The notes under the pieces are model-generated. The model saw nothing but the letters and a program-made list of their open reading frames with translations. It was not told where the DNA came from and searched no databases. From Melioribacteraceae bacterium (GTDB lineage Bacteria > Bacteroidota > Ignavibacteria > Ignavibacteriales > Melioribacteraceae), in the NCBI GenBank assembly GCA_026417375.1, contig JAOADJ010000008.1, positions 96,640 to 160,639 of the forward strand: 64,000 nt of DNA, given 5' to 3'. The position numbers and the translations under genes were made by a program. Positions 26,574 through 35,522 of the stretch are shown piece by piece. Positions within the stretch are counted from its first letter, which is position 1, and each line of letters begins with the position of its first letter.

Positions 26574-26632
26574 CAATAACCCTCGGAATTTTGTTGTGCA
26601 AAATTAATCTTTTTTGGGTTTGTTGACCAAAT

Positions 26633-27094
26633 TCAATTTTTAGTTTCGTTTATCTTAAATCGGATTCGTAATACGTTATTTTCAAAGCTTGTAGAAACAA
26701 TTTTGAATTCACCAATTTGTTTTGTTGATGAAATGTGTGGACCACTACACAAGCATTGATCATAATCTCCAATTTCAATTACACGTAAGTTATCGCCAGC
26801 TTCTTCCGGTAAACGGGAAAGGTTAAATTTTAATTTTGCTTCTTCTCTTGAAATAAATTTTTCTTTAACTGGTAAATCTTTTTTTATTATTTCATTAACT
26901 TTTTCTTCGATTGTTTTGATTTCATCTTCAGTTATGTTTCTTGTAAAATGATAGTCGCATTTCGATTTTTTCTTTTCAATATGAGCGCTGAATGCTCTTC
27001 CGCAACCAAAAATTTTATCCATTGTACCATTTAAAATATGTTCTGCTGTATGCATTGGTGGATAATATGATTTTGGATTTTCGTTATATTCCAT
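26633..27094 (-). CDS. AlaX-like tRNA editing protein (stand-alone SAD domain)
   Basis: MHTAEH (HXXXH) and CSGPH (CXXXH) zinc ligands; LRVIEIGDYD. Confidence 0.85.
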   Translation of the reverse strand: MEYNENPKSYYPPMHTAEHILNGTMDKIFGCGRAFSAHIEKKKSKCDYHFTRNITEDEIKTIEEKVNEIIKKDLPVKEKFISREEAKLKFNLSRLPEEAGDNLRVIEIGDYDQCLCSGPHISSTKQIGEFKIVSTSFENNVLRIRFKINETKN

Positions 27095-27157
27095 CTGATT
27101 CTCCTTTCATGGTAAACTTTTTTTATCAAAAATGATTTGATTAAAAATTTAGAGCAG

Positions 27158-27700
27158 TTAATAATTTTCGAAAAACATTTTGCTATGCAAAAAAGGAACA
27201 AGTGCTACTTTTAATCCTTCAATATAAAGTTCTTTTCTGTTCATTTTTCCATTTGTAAAATATCCAACAGCGCCATGTTTTTGTTTTGTGTTTTCTTCAT
27301 TCTGAATTTCATCCATAACTTCACCAAGTTCTTTTCCTTCTAACAATTTATCAACAACAATTTTTGGTAATTCAAAATGTGGAGATAAACCAAAACCACA
27401 ATTTTTATTTTCATCAATAATGCACATGCAACCAAACGCAAACCATTTGTTAAATTGATTTATAATTCCACCTTCAATGCCAATAAAATATTTTGAGTTA
27501 AGTTTTTGTTGATAATTAATTTCGAAAAGTTTTAACGCTCTGTTTTTTGCACCTATAAAAGTTTCATCTCCAATCGGCTGATGCGAAACCTGTGATTCAA
27601 CATCAACGCCAATTATTTCTATTTTATCAAAGTAAATTGAAAATGCTTCTTTTACTGCTTCAGTTTTTACAGGGTTTTTAGAACCGACAAGTACTTTCAT
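27158..27700 (-). CDS. yjjX: Inosine/xanthosine triphosphatase
   Basis: VGSKNPVK, QP...ETFIGAKNRA, GIEGG, GKELG..MD, GAVGYFT. Confidence 0.88.
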   Translation of the reverse strand: MKVLVGSKNPVKTEAVKEAFSIYFDKIEIIGVDVESQVSHQPIGDETFIGAKNRALKLFEINYQQKLNSKYFIGIEGGIINQFNKWFAFGCMCIIDENKNCGFGLSPHFELPKIVVDKLLEGKELGEVMDEIQNEENTKQKHGAVGYFTNGKMNRKELYIEGLKVALVPFLHSKMFFENY

Positions 27701-28836
27701 TTTTTACCAAAAAAAAATTTGAGGGGGCGCCAAATTCTTTTTGCCCAGGCAGCTTCGTTATGTTCTGCCTGTTCATCTATAAAAACAAAATAATCTTTAT
27801 TTTCTTCATAACCTTTTTGATTAAGTGCTTCAATCATTGAATCAACTCCGGGTTGTAAAAATGCTTCCAATCCTTTACCACCATTGTCAATATAAATTAA
27901 TAAATCTTTTTTGGGTTCATTATAATTTTTAACAACTCTAACATAATCAATCGAATTAATTTTAAAAGCCGGTGAAAAACAAGCAGCTTTATAAAAAACA
28001 TTTGGATATTCCCATGCACAAATCATTGAAATTAAACCACCCATTGAAGAGCCACCAACAGCAGTGTTTTTTGCATCGGTTAATGTCCTGTAATTTTTAT
28101 CAACAAATGGTTTTATTTTCTCTACAATTAGTTTCATGTATAATTTACCAAGCTCTGTATTGTTGTATTCGTTTGCTCTGTCATCTGTGTTATTAATTCC
28201 AACTAAAATAAATGGTTCAATTTCATTAGTACGGATTAAACTATCTGCAACTTCATCAACCCGCCAGTCTATAAATGTATTTGAAGTTCTTGGATCAATT
28301 AAATTCTGACCATCGTGCATATAAAAAACAGGATAACGTTTTGATTTTTCATTTTCATAATTTGGTGGAAGCCAAACAAAAAAATTTCTTGAACGTAATC
28401 CATCAATTACAAAATTTTTATAATAATCAACTTTACCCGTAACTTGTCCATCAACTTTGAAATCAAATTTATCTCTCCAATTCAGAATTGTTTTTGTAAA
28501 AATTGTGTCTTTGGTTGGAATAAGAATATTGTTTCTTGGAATTGTTAAATCGTTACCCAAAGCTTCTGTTTGCCAACTTCCTTTAGTAAACTTAAATTCA
28601 ATTTGTTCATTTTTATTAGCAATGAATTCATAAACCCATTTATCAGAAGAAATTTTTTTCATTTGAATTTTATCGGGTCTCCAAAATCCAAGTGGTTCAA
28701 TATTCCCGGCAACAAAAATTTTTGTTGAATCATCAAGTTTTGGAGTAGTTATTTCAAATTTTATTTTCACTTTTTCTTGTCCAAATAATAAAGTTGAAAA
28801 AATTGAAACAAAGATTAAAATAAATTTCTTTTTCAT
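27697..28836 (-). CDS. CBM20-like domain fused to an alpha/beta-hydrolase (putative esterase)
   Basis: Signal peptide; FVAGN..LGFW..FKFTKGSW (CBM20-like); YPVFYMHDGQN, GGSSMGG, EHNE. Confidence 0.85.
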   Translation of the reverse strand: MKKKFILIFVSIFSTLLFGQEKVKIKFEITTPKLDDSTKIFVAGNIEPLGFWRPDKIQMKKISSDKWVYEFIANKNEQIEFKFTKGSWQTEALGNDLTIPRNNILIPTKDTIFTKTILNWRDKFDFKVDGQVTGKVDYYKNFVIDGLRSRNFFVWLPPNYENEKSKRYPVFYMHDGQNLIDPRTSNTFIDWRVDEVADSLIRTNEIEPFILVGINNTDDRANEYNNTELGKLYMKLIVEKIKPFVDKNYRTLTDAKNTAVGGSSMGGLISMICAWEYPNVFYKAACFSPAFKINSIDYVRVVKNYNEPKKDLLIYIDNGGKGLEAFLQPGVDSMIEALNQKGYEENKDYFVFIDEQAEHNEAAWAKRIWRPLKFFFGKK

Positions 28837-28914
28837 TATAGAATTATTCCTTTTTGAATTTTGTTTTAATGTAAATCAGATTAATTTATAATAACAAAAA
28901 TAAAGGATATCAAA

Positions 28915-29823
28915 ATGAAATTAACAAGAAAAGATTTTTTAAAATCTTCAGCGATATTAACCGGTGGAATTTTTTTACCCGGATTTAAATTTCTTTCACC
29001 TTTACAGGATCAAAAATTTAGATTTGTTGATTTAACAAAAAATATTGGAATCTTTATAGAACGTGGAGGAACAATCGGTTATTACGCAACAAATGATGCT
29101 TTAATAGTTATAGATTCTCAAAATCCCGAAACAGCAAAAAATTTAATTGATGGATTAAAACAAAAAACAAATCGAAAAATTGATTTACTTTTCAATACAC
29201 ATCATCATGGCGATCACACAAGCGGAAACACATATCTTAAAGATTTTGCAAATAAAATAGTTGCTCATGAAAATTCTAAAATGTTGCAAGAAAAAAATTA
29301 TGGAAACAATCCTGAAAGACCACAAACTTATCCAACTGCAACATTCACAAATACATGGAGCGAAGATTTAGGAAAAGAAAGAGTAACAGCAAAATATTTT
29401 GGATTAGCTCATACTGGTGGCGATTCTGTAATTCATTTTGAAAATGCAAACATTGCTCATCTTGGAGATTTAGTTTTCAACAAGACTTATCCTGTTATTG
29501 ATCCTAAAGGCGGTGGAGATTTAAAAGGTTGGTTTGATGTTTTAGGAAAACTAATCAAACATTTTTCCAAAGACACAATTTTTATATTTGGTCATGCTGC
29601 AAGCGATGAACTATTAACCGGAAAAATCAATGATGTTAAAGAAATGCAAAACTATATTGCTGCTTTGCTGGAATTTGTATCAACTGAAATGGAAAAAGGA
29701 AAAACAAAAGAGGAAATAATTAATTCACCAGCAATACCGGGATTTGAAAACTTAAAAGAGCGTTGGCAGGGTGCAAAAAAAATGAATCTGGAAAGGGCAT
29801 ATGATTATTTAAAAGGTGAATAA
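28915..29823 (+). CDS. Tat-exported metallo-beta-lactamase-fold hydrolase (cyclase-like)
   Basis: LTRKDFLK Tat-like signal; THHHGDHT, AHTGGD, HLGD, GH motifs. Confidence 0.88.
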   Translation: MKLTRKDFLKSSAILTGGIFLPGFKFLSPLQDQKFRFVDLTKNIGIFIERGGTIGYYATNDALIVIDSQNPETAKNLIDGLKQKTNRKIDLLFNTHHHGDHTSGNTYLKDFANKIVAHENSKMLQEKNYGNNPERPQTYPTATFTNTWSEDLGKERVTAKYFGLAHTGGDSVIHFENANIAHLGDLVFNKTYPVIDPKGGGDLKGWFDVLGKLIKHFSKDTIFIFGHAASDELLTGKINDVKEMQNYIAALLEFVSTEMEKGKTKEEIINSPAIPGFENLKERWQGAKKMNLERAYDYLKGE

Positions 29824-29871
29824 AAAAGATAATATTAATTATATTTGGTTAAGTTAAAAAAAGAAAGAATA

Positions 29872-30726
29872 ATGAGTCTCCCAAAAATAAATGAAATTTT
29901 TTTCCCAGATGAAAGTTGTGCTTATTACAATAATGACTTGGGGGTTATTTTATATAATAACGATAGCCTTAAACTAATGGATTTGTTAATAGAGCTTTTT
30001 CCTGAGGGAATATTTGATATGATATTTGCTGATCCACCATATTTTTTATCAAATGGTGGTATTACATGTCATGCTGGAAAAATGACAAAAGTAAATAAAG
30101 GAGAGTGGGATAAATCTAAAGGTGTTAATGAAAACCATGAATTTAATTTAGCTTGGTTGTCAAAGTGCCAAAAATTATTAAAAAAAGATGGAACTCTTTG
30201 GGTAACCGGAACTAATCATGTTATTTATTCAGTAGGATTTGCAATTCAACAATTAGAAATGAAAATTCTCAATGATATATCTTGGGAAAAACCTAACCCT
30301 CCACCCAATTTATCTTGTAGATATTTTACTCATTCAACCGAAACAATAATTTGGGCAGCTAAAACTAAAAACTCAAAACACAAATTTAATTATGAGTTAA
30401 TGCGTAATTTAAATCGTGGCAAACAAATGAAAACTGTATGGACTATTTCTGCTCCTAATAATGAAGAAAAAAAGTATGGTAAACATCCTACACAAAAACC
30501 TTATCAACTTCTGGAAAGAATTATTTTAGCATGTACAGATGAAAAAGATATTATTTTTGATCCATTTTCCGGAAGCTCTACAACTGCAATAGCTGCAATT
30601 AAAAATAACAGATTTTTTGTTGGCTCTGAATTAGATAAAGAATATATTAATCTTTCTATAAAAAGAATTGAAGATGCAATAGAAAGCAAAAAAAATCATA
30701 TAAATTTATTCGAGGTAAATTTATGA
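29872..30726 (+). CDS. Beta-class N6-adenine/N4-cytosine DNA methyltransferase (DpnA-like)
   Basis: FADPPY before DPFSGSSTT; LSNGGITCHAG, CRYFTHSTE, HPTQKP. ATG at 29872 or TTG at 29845. Confidence 0.92.
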   Translation: MSLPKINEIFFPDESCAYYNNDLGVILYNNDSLKLMDLLIELFPEGIFDMIFADPPYFLSNGGITCHAGKMTKVNKGEWDKSKGVNENHEFNLAWLSKCQKLLKKDGTLWVTGTNHVIYSVGFAIQQLEMKILNDISWEKPNPPPNLSCRYFTHSTETIIWAAKTKNSKHKFNYELMRNLNRGKQMKTVWTISAPNNEEKKYGKHPTQKPYQLLERIILACTDEKDIIFDPFSGSSTTAIAAIKNNRFFVGSELDKEYINLSIKRIEDAIESKKNHINLFEVNL

Positions 30727-31259
30727 AAAAGGGTGGACGTGGGGGAGTTAAAACCCAAACTGGATTAACCTTTGAAAAAAATATTGATATTTACAAAATG
30801 CTTTCCAGAATCCCTGGTTATGAAATCATTAAATCACCTAAAAAAGCTGGGGTAGATATTTTATATAACAAAACTTTAGTGGGAAGATGTTTTAGAAAAA
30901 ATGAGTTTTATAAATTCTTAAAAGAAAATAATATTAATTGGAAAGAAATTATTTCCAAAAAATATCTTCCAGATGATTCTATCCTTGTAATTGTAAGAGA
31001 AACAATATTTATAATTGAAATAAAGTATCAGCAAATTAGCGGTTCAACAGATGAAAAACTTCAAACTTGTGATTTCAAAAGAAAAATATTCCAAAAACTT
31101 GTAAAACCCCTTAATTTAAAAGTTGAATATGTTTATGTGCTAAATAATTGGTTCAAAAAACCAATATATAAAGACGTTCTTGAATATATAGAAAGTGTAA
31201 ATTGTCATTATAAATTTAATGAACTACCACTTGCTTGGCTTGGTTTACCAGCGGGATAA
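30723..31259 (+). CDS. PD-(D/E)xK nuclease, probable cognate restriction endonuclease
   Basis: Overlaps the MTase stop; GLTFEK, LPDDS, IIEIKYQ, GSTDEKLQTCDFK. Confidence 0.75.
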   Translation: MKKGGRGGVKTQTGLTFEKNIDIYKMLSRIPGYEIIKSPKKAGVDILYNKTLVGRCFRKNEFYKFLKENNINWKEIISKKYLPDDSILVIVRETIFIIEIKYQQISGSTDEKLQTCDFKRKIFQKLVKPLNLKVEYVYVLNNWFKKPIYKDVLEYIESVNCHYKFNELPLAWLGLPAG

Positions 31260-31277
31260 TAATATTAAATAATTTCT

Positions 31278-32090
31278 ATGAAACAAATAACTCAAATTTT
31301 ATTCTTGTTTCTTCTTTTACTTTTTTCATCGAGCTGTATTACCGAAAGCGATTTAAAATTTGAAAAATCCGTATCCTTAAAAAAAGATGATTCTACCACT
31401 GTTTCATTAAAATACAACGAAAGCACTTTGATTAATGATGAATTTTCAATTTCTTTTGAAGGAATTAAAAATGATTCCCGCTGCCCAATTGATGTAAATT
31501 GTGTTTGGGCGGGAAATGCAGAAGTTGTTTTAAAAATTAGTAAACATAATTTTGAAAAAATTTTTATTCTGAATTCTTTTTTATATCCAAAAACAATTGT
31601 ATTTAATCAATATGAAATTGAATTAACAAAAGTTTTACCTTTACCAAAATCTAACGTTCAAATAAAACAATCCGAATATTCAATTCAATTAAAAATATAT
31701 TACAATACAAATAAAGATTTTAGAAAAATACATTTAATCGATTCAACCCTGGATTGGATTATTTCAAAAGATTATCTGAAAATTAATTCTGTTTCAATAG
31801 AAAAAAACTTGCTTGATGTTTCTTTAAGTTATAGCGGCGGATGTCAGGAACATTTTATAGATATTTTTGCCTATACTTCAATTGCAAAATCGAATCCACC
31901 ACAACTTACTTTACAATTTTCTCACAACGCCAATAACGATATGTGTGAGGCTTATATAACCCGGAAAATGCGGTTTGATTTATCTACAATTAAAAATTAT
32001 TTGGCAGGATATAATTCTTTTTATTTGAACATCTATTCAACAGATGGAAAACTAATCAATGGTTCTCCTTTTCTTTTCAAAACTAATTAA
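31278..32090 (+). CDS. Hypothetical two-domain lipoprotein
   Basis: Lipobox SSC; DSRCPIDVNCVWAG domain plus YSGGCQEH...HNANNDMCEA domain. Confidence 0.75.
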   Translation: MKQITQILFLFLLLLFSSSCITESDLKFEKSVSLKKDDSTTVSLKYNESTLINDEFSISFEGIKNDSRCPIDVNCVWAGNAEVVLKISKHNFEKIFILNSFLYPKTIVFNQYEIELTKVLPLPKSNVQIKQSEYSIQLKIYYNTNKDFRKIHLIDSTLDWIISKDYLKINSVSIEKNLLDVSLSYSGGCQEHFIDIFAYTSIAKSNPPQLTLQFSHNANNDMCEAYITRKMRFDLSTIKNYLAGYNSFYLNIYSTDGKLINGSPFLFKTN

Positions 32091-32725
32091 AATGAAAAGC
32101 TAATCAACTTTATTTTTTTCTCTTCTTCCAGATGCATTCTTTCATACTTGGTTTTAATTGTGTATTCAAAAGGAAGGTCAGTTATTGAGTATAAATCATT
32201 TGTTTCAAAATGTAATTTTAAATTTTCTTCTTTTATTATTTTCAGTGTATAATTATATAAAGTATCATCATCTGTCTTTAAATTTATTTTTCCATCTTTT
32301 AATAAAATATTTTTATAGATTGATAAAAACCTTGGATGGGTTAATCTTTTTTTAATACTTCCGTTTCTTGGATAAGGATCGGGAAACGTAATCCAAATTT
32401 CTTCGAATTTAATTGTCTTAAAAATCTCTTCTAATTTTTCAACATAAGAAATTAAAAAGGCAACATTATTTAAATTGTTATTAGTTCCATTTTTTGAAGC
32501 ATTCCAAATTCTGTTTGCTTTTCTGTCAATCCCTATAAAATTTTTAGATGGAAAATTTAAAGCAAGATTAATAGAATAATCTGCCTGACCACATCCAAGT
32601 TCAGCAATAAAAGTATTTTCATTATTAAAATATTTCTTTAAATCTTCTTCAACATTTTCATTCTTATAATCAAAAACGTTTTTAAAAGTTCTTACTTCGG
32701 CTATTTTTTTATGCTTTTTTCTCAT
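32087..32725 (-). CDS. trmB: tRNA (guanine-N7)-methyltransferase
   Basis: ELGCG, IGID, WITFPDP, RLT, LKTD, TKYE. Confidence 0.93.
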   Translation of the reverse strand: MRKKHKKIAEVRTFKNVFDYKNENVEEDLKKYFNNENTFIAELGCGQADYSINLALNFPSKNFIGIDRKANRIWNASKNGTNNNLNNVAFLISYVEKLEEIFKTIKFEEIWITFPDPYPRNGSIKKRLTHPRFLSIYKNILLKDGKINLKTDDDTLYNYTLKIIKEENLKLHFETNDLYSITDLPFEYTIKTKYERMHLEEEKKIKLISFSF

Positions 32726-32747
32726 TCTTATAACTTATTTTGGGGTG

Positions 32748-32755
32748 CAAAGATA
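32748..32755 (-). promoter_or_regulatory. Bacteroidetes-type -7 promoter element for trmB
   Basis: TATCTTTG(CA) matches TAnnTTTG, about 22 nt upstream of the trmB start. Confidence 0.55.
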
Positions 32756-32847
32756 AAAATTAAACACATTTTAATTAAAATTATTCTTAACTATTTGCAC
32801 ATAAATTACGATATTAACTTATAAATAAATAAAATTTTGAGTTCGAG

Positions 32848-35484
32848 ATGAAAAAACTCGCAACATTTCTTCAAAATTATAAAAATCAGCTCATTCTACT
32901 TGTTTTCATACTAAGTATAATTGTATCAGTCGCGGTTTTTATTTATTACAATTTAGAAGTAAAAAAACTTGTAACCGAAAAAGAAAATGAATTAAAAACT
33001 CTTTCTCTCTTAAAAACAAAAATAATTTATAAGAATATAAAAGAAGGGTTTACAGAAGCTTATTTACTTTCAAAAGATGAAGTACTAATAGACTTATTAT
33101 CCGGCAACAAACAGAAACTCTCAAAATATTTAGTTTCATTAAAAAATCAACATAATTATGACAATATTATCCTTACCGATACAAGTGGAAATATAATTGA
33201 ATCAATTAATAATTATGAAAAACTAAACCCTTTTTTAATTGAATTCATTAAAAAGGCAGTGAAAACAAAAAAAATCTATTCAACCGATGTTTATAATTGT
33301 ACAATACATGATAAAATTCAAATTGATTTAGTAGCGCCAATAATTAAAAATTCTAAAGTTTTAGCTGTAATAATTTTTAGCACAGATCCAATGTCCGAGT
33401 TATATCCTCTAATTCAAAGTTCTCCGGTAAGATATAAAACCTTCGAATCTTATCTCATAAGAAAAGATAGCGACTCAATAACTGTAATAAGTCCACTAAA
33501 ATTTAAATCTAATGCTGTTTTAAATAAAAAATTTTCATATAATGATAAAAGAGCTGCAATAGTAAAAGCCACTAAAGGGTACACAGGATTAGTAGAAACT
33601 GTTGACTACAGAAATGTAGATGTGGTTGCTTATGTAAATCAAATACCTCATACAACCTGGTATATGGTTACTAAAATAGATAGAGAAGAACTCTATAAAG
33701 ATCTTTTCTTTAAAACAACATTCCTAATAATTTTAACTTCAATTCTGATATTAACTATTTTCACTTCAATTTCATTTATATATAGTTATCGCCAAAGAAA
33801 CCTATACAAAAGTTTATACCGTGCAGAACAAGAATTTGAAACCACACTAAGAAGTATTGGTGACGCAGTTATAACCACCGGTTTTGATGGAAAAATAAAA
33901 TTTATGAATCCCATAGCCGAAAATTTAACAGGTTGGAGTTTGGATGAAGCATTAAACAAACCCCTTTCTCAAATTTTTAATATAATTAATGAAACAACAA
34001 GAGATATTGTTGAAAATCCTGTAAATAAAGTTTTAAAAGAAGGTTCTATTGTTGGTTTAGCAAATCATACTCTCTTAATTTCAAAAAATGGAAAAGAAAT
34101 ACCAATTGCAGATAGCGGGGCACCAATTAAAGATTATGAAGGAAAAACAATTGGCGTTGTTCTGGTTTTTAGAGATCAAACCGAAGAAAGGGCTGTCAGA
34201 AAAAAAATTGAAGAGTCGGAAGCAAATTTAAATGCTTTAATAAACAACAGAACCGAAGCAATTTGGTCTCTTGATAAAAATTATAAACTTATTGTATGTA
34301 ACGATTATTTTAAAAATGCATATAAAGCAGCTTATAACTTTGATTTAAAAATAGGTACAGATTTAGTTGGCATACTATCACCTGAGCTTAAAGAAATTTG
34401 GAAATCCAAATATGATCAGGCTCTGGCTGGTAATAAAGTATCTTTTGAATTTGACGAAATTATTTTAGGTAAAAGACACTATTTTTATGTTTATCTTAAT
34501 CCGATTATTACAAAAAATGAAATAACCGGTATTACAGCATTAAGCACAGATATTACTGAAACGAAAAAATTACAATTCGAATTAGAAAAAAGTGAAGAAA
34601 GATATAGAATAATTTCTGATCTTGTTTCTGATTATGTTTTTTCAACAATAGTACATAAAGATGGAAATATTGAGCTGGATTGGGTTGCTGGTAACTTCAA
34701 AGAAATTACGGGTTATACTTTAGATGAATACAAAGCAACCGGTGGTTGGGCTGGGCATCTCCACCCGGATTCAATATTACAGGATCAGGAAGACATGCGT
34801 AAAATTTTAAATAATGAAAAAGTAATAACTGAAGTAAAAACTATAACAAAAAACAATCAAATTGTCTGGGTTAGAATTTTTGCACAACCCTATTGGGATA
34901 AAAATGAAAAACGTGTAACAAAAATATTCGGTTCACTTCAAAACATAAATGAAATAAAATTATCAAGTTTAGCATTACAAGAAAGTGAACAAAAATTTAG
35001 CATTGCCTTTAACGAATCTCCGGTTGCGCTTTCAATACAGGATGATGAAAATATTTTCATAGATGTAAACCAGGCTTTTTGCGAACTAACAGGATATGAA
35101 AGAAATGAAGTAATAGGAAAAACCGGAACACAATTAAAATTGTGGGTTGAACACGAAGAATCAGATAAAATTAATAAAATTTTTGAAGAAACCGGTTCTA
35201 TTAAAAATTATGAATTTTTATTTAGAAAAAAATCAGGCGAAATTAGAAAAGGATTGATCTCTGCAGTAGCCATTTATGTTAATGGAAAAAGAGCAGATAT
35301 AGCAACCGCTGTTGATATAACTGAATTAAAAGAAAAAGAAGAAAAAATTCTTGAACAACTTGATGAACTACGCCGCTGGCAAAATTTAATGCTCGACCGT
35401 GAAGATAGAGTAATAGAACTTAAAAAAGAAGTTAATGATTTATTATCTATCCTTGGTAGAGATAAAAAATATAATGTTAATTAA
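32848..35484 (+). CDS. Membrane sensor with Cache-like periplasmic region and four PAS domains, no kinase domain
   Basis: Two TM helices; PAS starts TTLRSIGDAVIT, ALINNRTEAIW, YRIISDLVSDY, FSIAFNESP; ends in a coiled coil with no H-box. Confidence 0.85.
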   Translation: MKKLATFLQNYKNQLILLVFILSIIVSVAVFIYYNLEVKKLVTEKENELKTLSLLKTKIIYKNIKEGFTEAYLLSKDEVLIDLLSGNKQKLSKYLVSLKNQHNYDNIILTDTSGNIIESINNYEKLNPFLIEFIKKAVKTKKIYSTDVYNCTIHDKIQIDLVAPIIKNSKVLAVIIFSTDPMSELYPLIQSSPVRYKTFESYLIRKDSDSITVISPLKFKSNAVLNKKFSYNDKRAAIVKATKGYTGLVETVDYRNVDVVAYVNQIPHTTWYMVTKIDREELYKDLFFKTTFLIILTSILILTIFTSISFIYSYRQRNLYKSLYRAEQEFETTLRSIGDAVITTGFDGKIKFMNPIAENLTGWSLDEALNKPLSQIFNIINETTRDIVENPVNKVLKEGSIVGLANHTLLISKNGKEIPIADSGAPIKDYEGKTIGVVLVFRDQTEERAVRKKIEESEANLNALINNRTEAIWSLDKNYKLIVCNDYFKNAYKAAYNFDLKIGTDLVGILSPELKEIWKSKYDQALAGNKVSFEFDEIILGKRHYFYVYLNPIITKNEITGITALSTDITETKKLQFELEKSEERYRIISDLVSDYVFSTIVHKDGNIELDWVAGNFKEITGYTLDEYKATGGWAGHLHPDSILQDQEDMRKILNNEKVITEVKTITKNNQIVWVRIFAQPYWDKNEKRVTKIFGSLQNINEIKLSSLALQESEQKFSIAFNESPVALSIQDDENIFIDVNQAFCELTGYERNEVIGKTGTQLKLWVEHEESDKINKIFEETGSIKNYEFLFRKKSGEIRKGLISAVAIYVNGKRADIATAVDITELKEKEEKILEQLDELRRWQNLMLDREDRVIELKKEVNDLLSILGRDKKYNVN

Positions 35485-35522
35485 TTGATATTATAGATTT
35501 GTTCAGTAGTATTTGAGGTATA

